Of a DNA stretch of 64,000 nt, positions 10,029 through 21,400 are shown piece after piece. The stretch is from assembly GCA_905182725.1 (NCBI GenBank), contig CAJJCQ010000013.1, positions 1,849-65,848 on the forward strand, given 5' to 3'. Source of the stretch: an uncultured Candidatus Poseidoniales archaeon (GTDB lineage: Archaea; Thermoplasmatota; Poseidoniia; Poseidoniales; Poseidoniaceae). The notes under the pieces were generated by a model, which was given only the letters and a program-made list of their open reading frames with translations, made no database searches and was not told the DNA's origin. A program made the position numbers and the translations under genes. How positions within the stretch are numbered: the first letter of the stretch is position 1; every line of letters begins with the position of its first letter.

Positions 10029-10487
10029 TTATTCTTCTTCGGATGTGTATCCGAAGACAAACCACCGCATTGTGGCCCAGGTAAACAGGCCCCAGCAAAG
10101 CATGTTAATCAGGAAAAGTAAACGGATTGGGGCATCAAAAAGAGTGATGAGGGCATCGTACGAAAGGGTTGAGCCTGCCATTCCAAAGGCATAAACGGAA
10201 AGTGCCCCGAGAATAGTGTTCTTGACGTTCTTTCGGCCATCGAATGTAAAAGTCCGGTGAACAAAATGAGCGAAGATACTTGAAATGGCCCATGAAATCG
10301 ACCACATTGCCGTTTCATTGAAAAGATCAAGAAGGAAAGTGGAGCGAAGAACCTCCCATATGATCCAGAACAGGAAGGTGTTGAAGCCACCTGCGATTCC
10401 AAAACGTTGCAACGTCCCCCTCGGAAGAACTTCTGCTACTTTGGGGCGGTTCATTCTGGTGTCCTCAATCGTCATTGGTGATGACAT
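10029..10487 (-). CDS. GtrA family protein
   Basis: [21 protein letters not shown]; 4 TM segments. Confidence 0.82.
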   Translation of the reverse strand: MSSPMTIEDTRMNRPKVAEVLPRGTLQRFGIAGGFNTFLFWIIWEVLRSTFLLDLFNETAMWSISWAISSIFAHFVHRTFTFDGRKNVKNTILGALSVYAFGMAGSTLSYDALITLFDAPIRLLFLINMLCWGLFTWATMRWFVFGYTSEEE

Positions 10488-11289
10488 CGCTGGGTTTTCC
10501 TGTTAGGACATTGCGAAGTTTGGAATTGTCAATTTGAAGAGCGTCCATAAACTCGTATTTACAATCCAACGATTCTGCTAATACCCCAAGAGCCTGTGAG
10601 TCCTTCGGAAGGCACTTGCCGCCAAAGCCCCTGTTGAGGCCAAAGATAGGGTCGAGGTGTGAGGGGCCGATGGGTTGGGTCTGTTCTGCAGTAATCATGT
10701 CGCGAATGGTATACCAATCTTGGCCCATTGCTTGACAAATATCGTACATTTGATTGGCAAAAATAACCTTCATTGCATAAAATGTATTTTTGGTATATTT
10801 GACTAATTCAGCTTGAGTTGGGGTAACGTGGAAGAGGTTTTCTCGGCGGAGAACACCTGCTTCCCTGTGTTGCGAAAACACGCGTTCTGCGACATCTGCA
10901 TGATGTGTTCCGCAGACAAGTAAATCTTGATTGGCAAAGTCTTCGAGGCGTTGGCGTTCAACCAAAAATTCTGGCGAGTAAGCGATCTTGAGGTGTGGAT
11001 AACGTTCGTGGTATGATTCGGTAGTGCCAGGAACAACTGAACTCTTGATGACCGCAGTAAACCCGTCCGGCAATTCATCCAAAACGCTCTCGACAATACG
11101 AGTATCACACGCCCCAGTATCGGGATGCGGTGGTGTTGGCACAGCAATATATGCAAAATCAACATGGTCGGTGACATCGGATAATTGCGTACCTCGAGCT
11201 GGGTCATGAACGAACAGTTCGTGCGCATCTGCGAAACAAATCTCGATGGCGCCTCCGACCATTCCTGCACCAATAATACCGACCTTCAT
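10465..11289 (-). CDS. UDP-glucose/GDP-mannose dehydrogenase family protein (short form)
   Basis: [40 protein letters not shown]. Confidence 0.88.
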   Translation of the reverse strand: MKVGIIGAGMVGGAIEICFADAHELFVHDPARGTQLSDVTDHVDFAYIAVPTPPHPDTGACDTRIVESVLDELPDGFTAVIKSSVVPGTTESYHERYPHLKIAYSPEFLVERQRLEDFANQDLLVCGTHHADVAERVFSQHREAGVLRRENLFHVTPTQAELVKYTKNTFYAMKVIFANQMYDICQAMGQDWYTIRDMITAEQTQPIGPSHLDPIFGLNRGFGGKCLPKDSQALGVLAESLDCKYEFMDALQIDNSKLRNVLTGKPSDVITNDD

Positions 11290-11334
11290 GGTCGAAGGGT
11301 CATGCACATTGATATGAAGGAATTGGTGAAGTGA

Positions 11335-12093
11335 TTATGGTGAATGTTCGCGGTGAGGTTTAGGATTTAATTTACCATCTTTAACCATTTGAGAGGCGAG
11401 TAGAAGGGTTTCTGGCGTCCCGCAATCAACCCATGTCTCTTCCCCTACTGAGAGCAGTTTTGCCTTACCGAGTTGGATATATTGACGGGTGACGTCCGAA
11501 ATTGAAAACTGTTCTCCGCGTTGTGACATTGCGAAGTCCAAATACGCCCAAAAGTTTTCATCGAACAGATAGATTCCCCCAATAGCAAGATTAGAAGGGG
11601 GGTTTTCTGGTTTCTCGACAATGTCTGTGACGTTTCCGTTTTCATCGAGTACAGCGACTCCGAATGCTTCTGGGTGTTGTTCTTCACGTGCGAGCAGTAC
11701 GCAACCAGGTTCTTTCTCGGTGCCGTTGAATCGATTCACTTCATCGGTCAACTCAAGAGTTGTTATGTTGTCAGAAAAATAGACTAAGACACGACAATCT
11801 TGATTGTATGGGCGGGCAAGGTTGAGAGCATGTCCGACACCGAGAGGTTCTTCTTCGAGTACATAGTGGATTTTCTCATCCTCAAACCCTCCTCCTACGT
11901 GTTGAGCGATTTGGCCCATGAATTCGTTTGAAATGATGGTGATGTTTTTGACTCCAGCGCGACGGATTGTGGCTAAAGCGAAATCAATCACCGGGCGGTT
12001 GTACAATGGTAAGAGTGTTTTCTGGGTGTATCTCGTGAAAGGATACAACCGGCTCCCTCGCCCACCAGCAACCAAGATGGCGTTGGTCATCAT
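11335..12093 (-). CDS. Sugar-1-phosphate nucleotidyltransferase (RmlA-like)
   Basis: AGGRGSRLYP.T...K, VEKP, WVDCGT. Confidence 0.9.
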   Translation of the reverse strand: MMTNAILVAGGRGSRLYPFTRYTQKTLLPLYNRPVIDFALATIRRAGVKNITIISNEFMGQIAQHVGGGFEDEKIHYVLEEEPLGVGHALNLARPYNQDCRVLVYFSDNITTLELTDEVNRFNGTEKEPGCVLLAREEQHPEAFGVAVLDENGNVTDIVEKPENPPSNLAIGGIYLFDENFWAYLDFAMSQRGEQFSISDVTRQYIQLGKAKLLSVGEETWVDCGTPETLLLASQMVKDGKLNPKPHREHSP

Positions 12094-12129
12094 ACCTCAT
12101 CCGAGGTGGTCGTAGTTATTGGGGTTGCC

Positions 12130-12828
12130 TCAAAATTCTTCATCAGGCTTTTTAGAATCGATTAAATCTTGGACTGCGCCATCCTTTGCATTCTTCTCAA
12201 ACCAATCTGTTTTGACCAAATCGCCTAATTTTTCAACACCTGCTTCAATGAGGTCGATGTCTTTTGATTCAGCATCTTGCCAGCGCTGTTGAGCTTTTTC
12301 GCCATATCGGGCATTGGCTTCACTTACCAAAAGTTCAGATGGGCGTAAATCATCTTCGAGCCCCGCATAGGAGGGTTCAGAAAGAGAAGCATCTCTTCGA
12401 GGTTGTAAAGTATCTAATTGTGATTCTGTTCGGCCTGAGGTAAATCCTTTTTCATCCGAACCACGGTTACGCCGTTGCGTTTTCGACACTTGAATCGATT
12501 GTAAATCCCCAGATTGTACCGCTTGGAAAGCCAGTTCCATTCGGTTTGAATGCTCGAGTATTGTTGGGTCGACTTCAAGCAACATAAAGAGCGCATCTTG
12601 ACGTTCAATAGCTTTTCTTTGTGCCGATACTGCGAGCAGAAATACACTTCCAATTGCTATACTTTCGAATACGACCATCCCGGTAAAGGAGAGTGTTTTG
12701 TTGAACCATCCGATCGACCCAAGAATGAGTATCGATGCGATGAGGGCGAAAAAGCGGAAGCGGAGATGTTGTTTTCTTGTGTTTTCAAACCGATACTGCT
12801 GAAGAAAGTAGGCACTCGGATCTTGCAT
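12130..12828 (-). CDS. Hypothetical 2-TM protein
   Basis: 232-aa ORF with two TM segments; tight operon spacing. Confidence 0.7.
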   Translation of the reverse strand: MQDPSAYFLQQYRFENTRKQHLRFRFFALIASILILGSIGWFNKTLSFTGMVVFESIAIGSVFLLAVSAQRKAIERQDALFMLLEVDPTILEHSNRMELAFQAVQSGDLQSIQVSKTQRRNRGSDEKGFTSGRTESQLDTLQPRRDASLSEPSYAGLEDDLRPSELLVSEANARYGEKAQQRWQDAESKDIDLIEAGVEKLGDLVKTDWFEKNAKDGAVQDLIDSKKPDEEF

Positions 12829-12837
12829 GGAAAATCA

Positions 12838-13152
12838 TCACCCGTTGAGGACCTTCATGAGTCGAATTCTGTATTCTTCATCGGAAAGTGAGGTGTCTTT
12901 CCAACCAAGGTCGGCTATAGCTTGAATTTGGCTTGCCTCAATGCTGTTTTTCATTCGTTCAAAAGAAAATTGAATCAATAAACCGAATAAAAGTAGAGCT
13001 GCTAAGCCAAAACGCCATTGTTCTGCCAAGTAACCGATGAGAATGCTCAAAAGTACACCTTGGCTAATCGCAAACCAAAGTCTGTTTTGCAACTTACCCT
13101 TCGAATCCAAAGTGTCGAGAAGTCGCTTTGCGCCTTCCTTTTTAGTGGCCAT
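12838..13152 (-). CDS. Small 2-TM hypothetical protein (loosely AtpZ/ATPase gene-1-like)
   Basis: LSILIGYLAEQW hairpin pattern; the family call is weak. Confidence 0.6.
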   Translation of the reverse strand: MATKKEGAKRLLDTLDSKGKLQNRLWFAISQGVLLSILIGYLAEQWRFGLAALLLFGLLIQFSFERMKNSIEASQIQAIADLGWKDTSLSDEEYRIRLMKVLNG

Positions 13153-13191
13153 GAATCGCCGAAGAAGTGCTTTCCTGTCAATATGTCGGAA

Positions 13192-13839
13192 TCAGTTCAT
13201 CGGAACAAAACAGTCGTCATCGATTTCAATCAAAGTCCCATTCATGAGTAAATGGTCTAATGCTTCGTCGATTTCCTCCGGACTAATGCCGCTGGAATTC
13301 AAGTGTTTGAATATTGTTTCAAGCGTTGCGCAATGCTGGCCTTGTGAGAGTTCAGTTTCCACATGTATGAGGAGCATTTGACATACAACGGCGAGAAGAG
13401 GGTCATCACTTTCTCCATCTGGCAGTAATTCAAGAAAATTGTTTGCAGGATGCAGAGCAACCTCGGAGGTTTTCGAAAGTTCAATGTGATCTTCACTGAC
13501 TGCCGTTCGCTTCCCTAGGCCGTTTAAGCTCGGGTCAACTTCAAGATTGAAGCAATCGAATATGTTACGTTGAAAGGGGTCCGCATCTTGAGTGTCTAGT
13601 ACATCCAGTCGCCGCCCAATTGCTTCAAGTCTGTGTAATCTTTGTTGAATAGATACTTTTTCACGGGACAGGTCAATGGTGATGAGTTCAAGAGCCATAT
13701 TTGCTTGGTCTGCCAGCCACTTTTCAAGATCCCAGCCCGGATTGACACCCCTCATGACCTCAACCAAGCGTTGGACCTCTTCGGGCATTTGATCGACAGC
13801 GATTTGCCCCTCAGAAACCTTGTGATGTTTGTCACTCAT
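13192..13839 (-). CDS. Hypothetical protein with C-terminal winged-helix-like segment
   Basis: GISPEEIDEALDHLLMNGTLIE; short coiled coil; start moved to ATG 13839 after GAGGAG. Confidence 0.65.
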   Translation of the reverse strand: MSDKHHKVSEGQIAVDQMPEEVQRLVEVMRGVNPGWDLEKWLADQANMALELITIDLSREKVSIQQRLHRLEAIGRRLDVLDTQDADPFQRNIFDCFNLEVDPSLNGLGKRTAVSEDHIELSKTSEVALHPANNFLELLPDGESDDPLLAVVCQMLLIHVETELSQGQHCATLETIFKHLNSSGISPEEIDEALDHLLMNGTLIEIDDDCFVPMN

Positions 13840-14064
13840 ATTACCTGCTCTCCTCAATGACGGCCTATGAAACCTCTCGTTTGAGGGAGACCTTGTGTTC
13901 CATTGCAGAAACCACGCACACACCTCATACTCGTAACAAAGTAGCACTGCACCGGTCACATACCTCATGTCGTTGCCAACGGCTTAAATCAAGAAGGCGT
14001 TGAAAGCAGACGGCCTTTGGTAAAAGGGGGCGCGTTCATGTAGGGGTTACTCGTGCGAAAAAAC

Positions 14065-15249
14065 ATGGCAGACTATCGTATTGGAATATTACCTGGCGAT
14101 GGAACAGGTCGAGAAGTCGCGCTTGAGGCTCAAAGAATTCTCAACACGATCGAACAACATACAAACCAAGGTTTCGAACAAACTGTCATTCAATGCGGTG
14201 GGCAGCACTATCTCGAAACCGGAGAAGAATGGGCTGAAGGTTCATTTGATTTCTGTCGTGAAGAAGCCGATGCTTTGTATCTCGGAGCAATTGGTTACCC
14301 CGGCGCAACCCTTCCAAATGGCGACCTCGCTGGTGGCTCGGTTATTCTTGGACTACGCAGTGGCCTCGATCTCTATGCGAATCTTCGACCAATCAAACTC
14401 TATGAAGGAGTGCCACACAAAGTTCATGGGAAATTTACCCAAATCTGGGAACCTGGAATGGTTGATATGACCATTCTACGAGAAAACACAGAAGGACTGT
14501 ATCATTCTCTTCTTCGACGCAGTGCTGACCGTGCCATGGGCCGTCCACCTTACGAACCTCCAGAAATGACATTCCCTGGCCTCAAGGGCGAAGTTGCTTA
14601 CGACCCTCGCCCAATCTCCGAACATGGCAGTGAACGTCTTATTCGAATGGGCTTTGAAATTGCTGAGACGAGGAATGGGGCTCCAATCGACGGGAAAAAG
14701 CGCGTTTCATGTATCGACAAATCCAATGTAACCCGTGGATGCCAATTATTCCGACGAACATTCGACAAAGTGGCCCCTGACTATCCCGGTACGGAACTTG
14801 ATTACGGCTACATTGACGCGTTCACTCAATGGCTCACTCGAAGTCCTGAAAGTTACGATGTTGTTGTGACTTCAAACATGTTTGGTGACATTGCAACAGA
14901 TTTGGGCGCCGTTCTCCAAGGAGGAATGGGTATGGCTGCATCTGGAAACATCGGCGACAAGAATGCATTCTTTGAACCGGTCCATGGCTCGGCACCAAAA
15001 TATGCAGGAATGAATAAAGTCAACCCAATCGCGAGTATCAATTCAATTCAGTTGATGATGAACTGGCTCGGTGGTAAAAATAACGATGATGAATTGACTC
15101 TCATTGGTAGTCTAATCGATGAAAGTGTTGCTGACCATTTACGAGATGGGAAAGGACTCACCTATGACTTGGGTGGCGATGCTTCGTGTTCAAGTGTTGG
15201 AGAAGGTATTGCTGCTCGACTTGCAACCAAGTTACAAAACACGTTCTAA
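14065..15249 (+). CDS. Isocitrate/3-isopropylmalate dehydrogenase family protein
   Basis: [44 protein letters not shown]. Confidence 0.93.
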   Translation: MADYRIGILPGDGTGREVALEAQRILNTIEQHTNQGFEQTVIQCGGQHYLETGEEWAEGSFDFCREEADALYLGAIGYPGATLPNGDLAGGSVILGLRSGLDLYANLRPIKLYEGVPHKVHGKFTQIWEPGMVDMTILRENTEGLYHSLLRRSADRAMGRPPYEPPEMTFPGLKGEVAYDPRPISEHGSERLIRMGFEIAETRNGAPIDGKKRVSCIDKSNVTRGCQLFRRTFDKVAPDYPGTELDYGYIDAFTQWLTRSPESYDVVVTSNMFGDIATDLGAVLQGGMGMAASGNIGDKNAFFEPVHGSAPKYAGMNKVNPIASINSIQLMMNWLGGKNNDDELTLIGSLIDESVADHLRDGKGLTYDLGGDASCSSVGEGIAARLATKLQNTF

Positions 15250-15866
15250 GTCTCTTGGCGCCGCCGGAGTTCTGCTTCAAATTCACTCCACAGTTCTTGT
15301 TCAATTTGCTTGCGCAATTCTGGCTCTAAGACGGTTTGGACTTGAACCACCACCTCCCCCCATATTTCGGTCGCCATTGTGTTTCGGATTTCGATTTCTG
15401 TGGCTTGAATCATTTCTTGGACTTCGATTACAGAAAAACTTTGATCTGGTTCTTCGTTTGAAACTCGAAGGTTTTCTGCTTGAACAATTCGTTCTATTTC
15501 GTCCATTAATCGAGCAACAACGCTCAACTCCCATGTATCGCGAGGGTGAGGGACATCCATGTTTGTCACCGTATTCCTCAAGGTTTGTACAATTCGTGAT
15601 CGAACGGGAGTACCTATTTCAAAATCCCGAACGCCTGAAATGAAACCTACCAATGATTCGAGCCATTCATCTTCAGAAATTTCTTGACCGCATCCCGGGC
15701 AACCGATCTCTGGAGCGTTTGGGCGTGTATCCGGGGGTTGTTCTGTAAGTACTTCGTCCAAATTCTTCTTTTCTCGACGTTTCGGTTCTGGTGGCAATTC
15801 CAGATCAAACGAAATAGATGACCCAAAGGTGTGTTTTTTAGGATTGGGGTTCGGACTTTCGCTCAT
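15246..15866 (-). CDS. Hypothetical protein with CPGC motif and acidic coiled-coil C-terminus
   Basis: 206-aa ORF convergent with the dehydrogenase; AT-rich TATA-like sequence about 25 nt upstream. Confidence 0.7.
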   Translation of the reverse strand: MSESPNPNPKKHTFGSSISFDLELPPEPKRREKKNLDEVLTEQPPDTRPNAPEIGCPGCGQEISEDEWLESLVGFISGVRDFEIGTPVRSRIVQTLRNTVTNMDVPHPRDTWELSVVARLMDEIERIVQAENLRVSNEEPDQSFSVIEVQEMIQATEIEIRNTMATEIWGEVVVQVQTVLEPELRKQIEQELWSEFEAELRRRQET

Positions 15867-15942
15867 TTCAATCGTTAATCATCGTTCTTGAATAAAAAGA
15901 ATTTGCCGGTAAAGCCCCTTAAATGGAGTTTAAATGACCAAA

Positions 15943-16695
15943 TTACCCTTCCGAAGAAAGAAAACTTGCGATATGGGTAAAGGCTTCTTCGATGGTTTGA
16001 GCGTTTTGATAATTTTCGACTGGTTTGGTCGCCGCACCTGAGAGAAGCATTTCATTCATGTTTGTAATCACCCTTGACAATTCATCTATGATGGTAACTG
16101 AAGCCATTCGAGCTGTTCGTGAGAGAGGGTTCAGATCGATGACAAGAACTGTTTTGCCCATAGCCACTAAAGCCTCGCATCTGTCACCGTCTTCAAGTGG
16201 TACAAGAAGTACATCCGATTCAAAAATCCCTTGCTTCGTACAATTAGCGCGGGGGCCCTCAAGGCCTGGAATTCGGGCATCGGGTTCAGCTCCAAGAATC
16301 TCGACATCCAGTTTTTCTTGAAGTTTAATTTCATTCAGGTGGCCGAGCAGAGCCTTCATTCGTTCTGGTGTTCGGTAAAAAATATTAATTTCTACAGGGC
16401 ATTTGAGTTGATGTGCCAGATGAAGTACTTCTTTACCTGCAAGAGCAACAACATTGCCATTGAGGCTGATCACTGGGCGTTTGGCTGATGACAAAAGTGC
16501 GAGAGCCTGTTGCGTTGCTCTTAGCGCGCTTGGAATCGTTTGTTCACCGAGCAAGTAATCGAATGCTTCACCTCTACCGTGTGCAATCAGTGCACTCCCA
16601 GCAAGCATTCCTTTTTTCTCGGCTTCTTCGAGACGATGTCGCATCAACAAGGATTGATAACGTGGATGACTAGGGTCTGCAGCGATTTCGGTCAT
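15943..16695 (-). CDS. Phosphopantothenate synthetase (4-phosphopantoate--beta-alanine ligase)
   Basis: HPRY.SL..R, IAHGRGEAFDYLLGE, PLEDGDRCEAL, IDLNPLSRT. Confidence 0.95.
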   Translation of the reverse strand: MTEIAADPSHPRYQSLLMRHRLEEAEKKGMLAGSALIAHGRGEAFDYLLGEQTIPSALRATQQALALLSSAKRPVISLNGNVVALAGKEVLHLAHQLKCPVEINIFYRTPERMKALLGHLNEIKLQEKLDVEILGAEPDARIPGLEGPRANCTKQGIFESDVLLVPLEDGDRCEALVAMGKTVLVIDLNPLSRTARMASVTIIDELSRVITNMNEMLLSGAATKPVENYQNAQTIEEAFTHIASFLSSEG

Positions 16696-16704
16696 CGTAT
16701 TCCC

Positions 16705-17679
16705 TCAAGCACCGTCGACAATCATCGAAATATCAAGTGGTGAAACGCCTCGATTGACTGCACTTGTCGAAAGTACATCGATTCCGCTTTCATGCCATTC
16801 ATCGAGTTGGTCATACACAATTCCGCCACTCGCTTCAAGGCAGATATGGTCTCTCAGATTCATCTCAACTAATTGAGCCACGATTTCTCGACTTCGTTCA
16901 GGGCCAAAATTATCCAGCATGATGACCAGTTTAGGGAGCACTTCTCCTTCACGTTGAGCCCAAGTTGCAGCAGCCAAGATTGCTTCTTTGTCTTCCCGTA
17001 CCTCGATTTCTAGGAAAGCACCACAATCGTCTGCGGACACTTCTTGTAAATAGGCGACAATTCGGCTTGCATGGGTGTCTAAATCCTCGTGCATTGATGC
17101 GAGGTCGTTTTCTTTCAGCATCTTGGCATCGTCTCGATGTAAACGATGAGTCAAACCGCCACCGAGGTGGACGGCCCATTTGTCCAACAAGCCCCATACT
17201 GTTTTCCGAGTACAAGCAATTTGACCAGGAGCGCGCGCAGACCAACGTTTCGCTTCTGTTGCAATTCCGGAGAGTTGACCTAACAGATTTAGAATGCTTC
17301 GCTCCATGGCGAGAAGGATTTCTCGGTCACCAGAAAGGATGGCGATTTCATCATCCTGTGATACTTTCTTCCCGTCACTTGCCATCCAAGATATTTTCAA
17401 AGAAGGTGCCCAAATTTGCAGCATGTGATCTACCGCTGCAGTACCGACAATTATTCCATCAGCACGCGCATAAAGAGTAGCATTGATTTTCTGTGAACCG
17501 CCCATAAATGGCATATTTATTCCATCATCTGCGAGTAAAGCACTGACCCACCGGTCAATACTTGCTAAAAGCAAGCGGGAAGGACCTTCTTCAGCAGTCC
17601 ATAACTCATACCCGCGGTCATGCGGGGGGCGCGTTAGGTCTGCCATGGCGGGCGCTGGGGGTTTGGTGTCTTGAAACAT
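16705..17679 (-). CDS. nadC: Nicotinate-nucleotide pyrophosphorylase (quinolinate phosphoribosyltransferase)
   Basis: ER..LN....LSGIAT, TRKT, HR, KEN, EIEV, IMLDN, EASGG. Confidence 0.9.
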   Translation of the reverse strand: MFQDTKPPAPAMADLTRPPHDRGYELWTAEEGPSRLLLASIDRWVSALLADDGINMPFMGGSQKINATLYARADGIIVGTAAVDHMLQIWAPSLKISWMASDGKKVSQDDEIAILSGDREILLAMERSILNLLGQLSGIATEAKRWSARAPGQIACTRKTVWGLLDKWAVHLGGGLTHRLHRDDAKMLKENDLASMHEDLDTHASRIVAYLQEVSADDCGAFLEIEVREDKEAILAAATWAQREGEVLPKLVIMLDNFGPERSREIVAQLVEMNLRDHICLEASGGIVYDQLDEWHESGIDVLSTSAVNRGVSPLDISMIVDGA

Positions 17680-17748
17680 ATAGATGAGTTACAAGTGATG
17701 GCTGTGCTTGTACAAGTTTTGATAAGGAGAAGGCGAGGGTTCGAAGAT

Positions 17749-18450
17749 ATGGATTCTCGGGGTGAAGGAGAGATTGTTCAACTCAAATCGGTTCTATCCT
17801 CTGTCGATGTGATTCACATCTATGGTGCTGGCCTCAATTCAGAACGCCCGGCTCATTCTGCTGTGTCAGAATTGAAACAGCGCGGCTGGGCCATTGCGCC
17901 GATTCATATCAATGATGGAGGCGCTACAATTGAAGGATTTCCGATACGGCCTGAACTCGATGATGGCGTCATCCCAAAAGTCGTGGTTTTGTTCCTTGCC
18001 CCTGAACGCTCACGGGCTGTTGTTCGTAATCTCATCATTCGATTCTCAAAAGAAGAATTTCCACTGGTATGGTTTCAGCTGGGTGCAGAAGACGAGCAAT
18101 CTCGACAAGCACTCGAGGAGATGGGGGCGTTGTATATCGAACATGATTGCCTTGTCCGATTTGCAGAAAGGCACTCGCTGAAGTGTAATGTATCCCCATT
18201 GCCACAGCAATGGTGCTTACAGACTGCATCTGAAGATGGCGATGGGTGTTCGGTTTGGAGTGTTCATTCTTCTGATTCTGCTTCTTTGTCACGCCCAACG
18301 CAATCACTGGAATGGGTGGGCTCACTTGATGACCTGGCTCAATCGAGACATACCATTCCACGGTATATTCGGTCGTTGAAAAGCAGCGAGGAAACCCTCC
18401 AAGCACTCGCCCTTCGTTTATCTGGCCAAGTGCTAACAGAAGACAGGTAG
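17749..18450 (+). CDS. CoA-binding (YccU-like) protein with C-terminal extension
   Basis: IYGAG....RPA, VWFQLG and ending DC pattern of the YccU family. Confidence 0.75.
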   Translation: MDSRGEGEIVQLKSVLSSVDVIHIYGAGLNSERPAHSAVSELKQRGWAIAPIHINDGGATIEGFPIRPELDDGVIPKVVVLFLAPERSRAVVRNLIIRFSKEEFPLVWFQLGAEDEQSRQALEEMGALYIEHDCLVRFAERHSLKCNVSPLPQQWCLQTASEDGDGCSVWSVHSSDSASLSRPTQSLEWVGSLDDLAQSRHTIPRYIRSLKSSEETLQALALRLSGQVLTEDR

Positions 18451-18481
18451 TGCTAATATGGACCAAGTACGACAAGAAAGT

Positions 18482-21400
18482 ATGCGCACTTGTGCCATAC
18501 TGTTCGTACTGGTATGTTCATTGCTCTCGCCAATGGCAAGCGCATTTGCCTCTCCATCTTCTGAACCTCTCGAAACTGGAATTACGGAAACAAGGGATGG
18601 AACTCTTGTCGAGTCGTATTCTCCAATAATTCAGGCTGCCCTCGCCCATAAAAGCGACCTTTCAATCTATTCAGAAGCACAGTTGGAGTCCGCTACCCAG
18701 TGGGTCGTTATTGCACCTCAATATGCCGGTGAGCCTGCAAAGGAACTCCCGGGTGCATGGATTGTTGATGTGAATCCATTTGAAGCGCCAAATTTGTTCT
18801 CGCAACAAAGAGAAGACGGTATGATCGAAGCTGCTTATCCTTTAGTCGAAAACGACATGCAACCGCGCTGGGTTCCAAATGACCCCAAATTCTCCGACCA
18901 ATGGCACCTCCAGAACACTGGCCAAACCGGAGGAACAAGTGGGGAAGACGTCAACATCACGGGCGCCTGGAATTCATACAGAGGGACGGGAGTTGTCATT
19001 GGAATCGTGGACGATGGACTCGACTGGACTCACCCTGATTTAGATAATTATTACGAATCGACACTTGACTACGATTTCTGTGGCGATGATGGCGATCCTT
19101 CTCCGAGCTCCAACAATGCTCATGGCACAGCCTCAGCGGGAGTTGCGGCAGGCGTTGGTGACAACAACATCGGCGTCAGTGGCTCAGCCCCCAAGGCAGG
19201 TCTTGCTGGACTGCAGTTGATCTCATGCAGCACAACTGATGTTCGCGAAGGCGGCGCTTTAGGACACGAACGTCAAGATATTGATATTTATTCAAATTCA
19301 TGGGGTCCCAGCGATAATGGAAAAACTCTTGAAGGGCCCGGGCCGTTGATGTTAGCGGCCATGGAAAACGATGCTTCAATTGGAAGAAGTGGGCTTGGAA
19401 ACATCATCACATGGGCCGCTGGGAATGGATTGGATGATGAGGATAATTCAAATTACGATGGATATGCAAACCTTCGTTACACCATCGCAGTGACCGCTGT
19501 AGATCACAAAGGTCGACAATCCTACTACGCTGAACCTGGCGCGAACATCCTCGTCGCCTCGCCCTCAAATGGCGATGGTGAAAGCATCACTACAACCGAC
19601 ATCGAAGGTTCTGGTGGATACACAAACAACGATTACACTGATTCCTTTGGTGGAACTTCTTCAGCAACTCCTCTTGTTTCTGGCGTCATTGCTCTGATGC
19701 TCGAAGCAAACTCGAACTTGACATGGCGCGATGTTCAACACATCATCGTCCTCACCTCTCGTAAAAACGATGCTTCGGATTCTTCTTGGGGAGTCAATGG
19801 GGCTGGCCATGAGGTGAGTCACAAGTACGGGTATGGTGTAATCGACGCTGGTGCGGCGGTTTCAATGGCAGAAAGCTGGACTTCCGTTGAAGAAGAAGTC
19901 TCCTTCTCATCAGGTACAACCACAGTCGATACAGATATTCCAGACAACAGCCCGAACTATATCTCAAGCAATACCACAGTCACCGATGCAATCTTAGTCG
20001 AAAATGTCGACATCATCGTAGATATCCCTCATGACTTCCGTGGTGATCTGGAAATCATCTTGACAAGCCCCTCTGGGACAGAAAGCGTGTTGAGTGAAAA
20101 ACACGACGATGATAATTCCGATTACAATAATTGGCGCTTTTCAACCGTGCATAACTGGGATGAAGACAGCCGTGGTAACTGGACACTCACCGTCGAAGAC
20201 CAAGGAAACAATGATGTCGGCTCATTCGATGAGTGGGAACTGATTATTTATGGCACCCAAATGAATCTTGATTCTGACGGTGATAACCTCTCAGATACCA
20301 ACGAAACCGAAGTCTATGGCACCGACCCTAATGATATTGACACCGATGATGATACCATCAATGATGGTGCAGAAGTGCTGATCTATGGGACCAATCCTCT
20401 ACTCAGCGATACCGATGCTGACGGTTTATCAGATGGAGTTGAAATCAATGTCAATGGAACCGACCCGTTGGACAACGATACCGATGATGATTTGTTACTC
20501 GATGGAGAGGAAGTGTTGCTGTACGGCACCAACCCATTAGTCCCCGACCCAGACAACGATGGTGATGCTTTCTACTGGTTCCAAGACTGTAACGATACCA
20601 ATGCAATGGTCTACCCTGGCGCACTTGAAGTTCTCAACGGTATCGATGATAATTGCGATGGCCAATGGGATGAAGGATTCAATGCCACCGATACGGATGG
20701 AGATGGGCTTTCGGACTTTGGTGAATTCCACGTCTTCGGCACCAATCTCTCTGACGCCGATACCGATGGTGATTTCTTGAATGATGGAGAGGAAGTTTTG
20801 ACCCTCCTCACTGACCCCTTAGTCAAAGACAACGACACCGACATGGATGGTTTCTATTGGTTTGAAGATTGTAATGACACCAATTCGAGTATTTACCCGG
20901 GTGCACTTGAACTCTTAGATAACATCGACAACAACTGTGATGGTGAAGCTGATGAATCATTTATTGGCACAGATGCGGATGCGGACGGATTACTCGATTT
21001 GGTTGAATTCCTCGAAATCGGGACAGATCCGTTTGATGATGATACTGACGGTGATGGACTGAGGGATGGGATTGAAGTTCTTTCTACCTTCACCAACCCA
21101 TTCGTAATTGACCCAGATGCCGACCAAGATGGTTTCCGTTGGTTCCTTGATTGCGATGATAACGATTCTGCTCGCTCACCAAATGCTCTCGAAATTTGGA
21201 ATGGGTTGGATGATGATTGTGATGGAGGAATTGACGAAAGTGTTGACAGGAGGTCGGGCCTTACACCTGCACCTCTGATGTCAGATCTTGTCCTTAATGC
21301 GACCAACGATACACTCGAGCTTGCCCTCTCACTCGAATTAGATGATGCATCGATTCAGCGACTCAACCTTACTGTTCAGTGGTACAGAAATCAAAGTTTA

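Noticed and set aside
20270..21238. DNA-level repeats as a mobile or CRISPR-like element
   Set aside because: Conservation is at the protein level, inside the protease ORF
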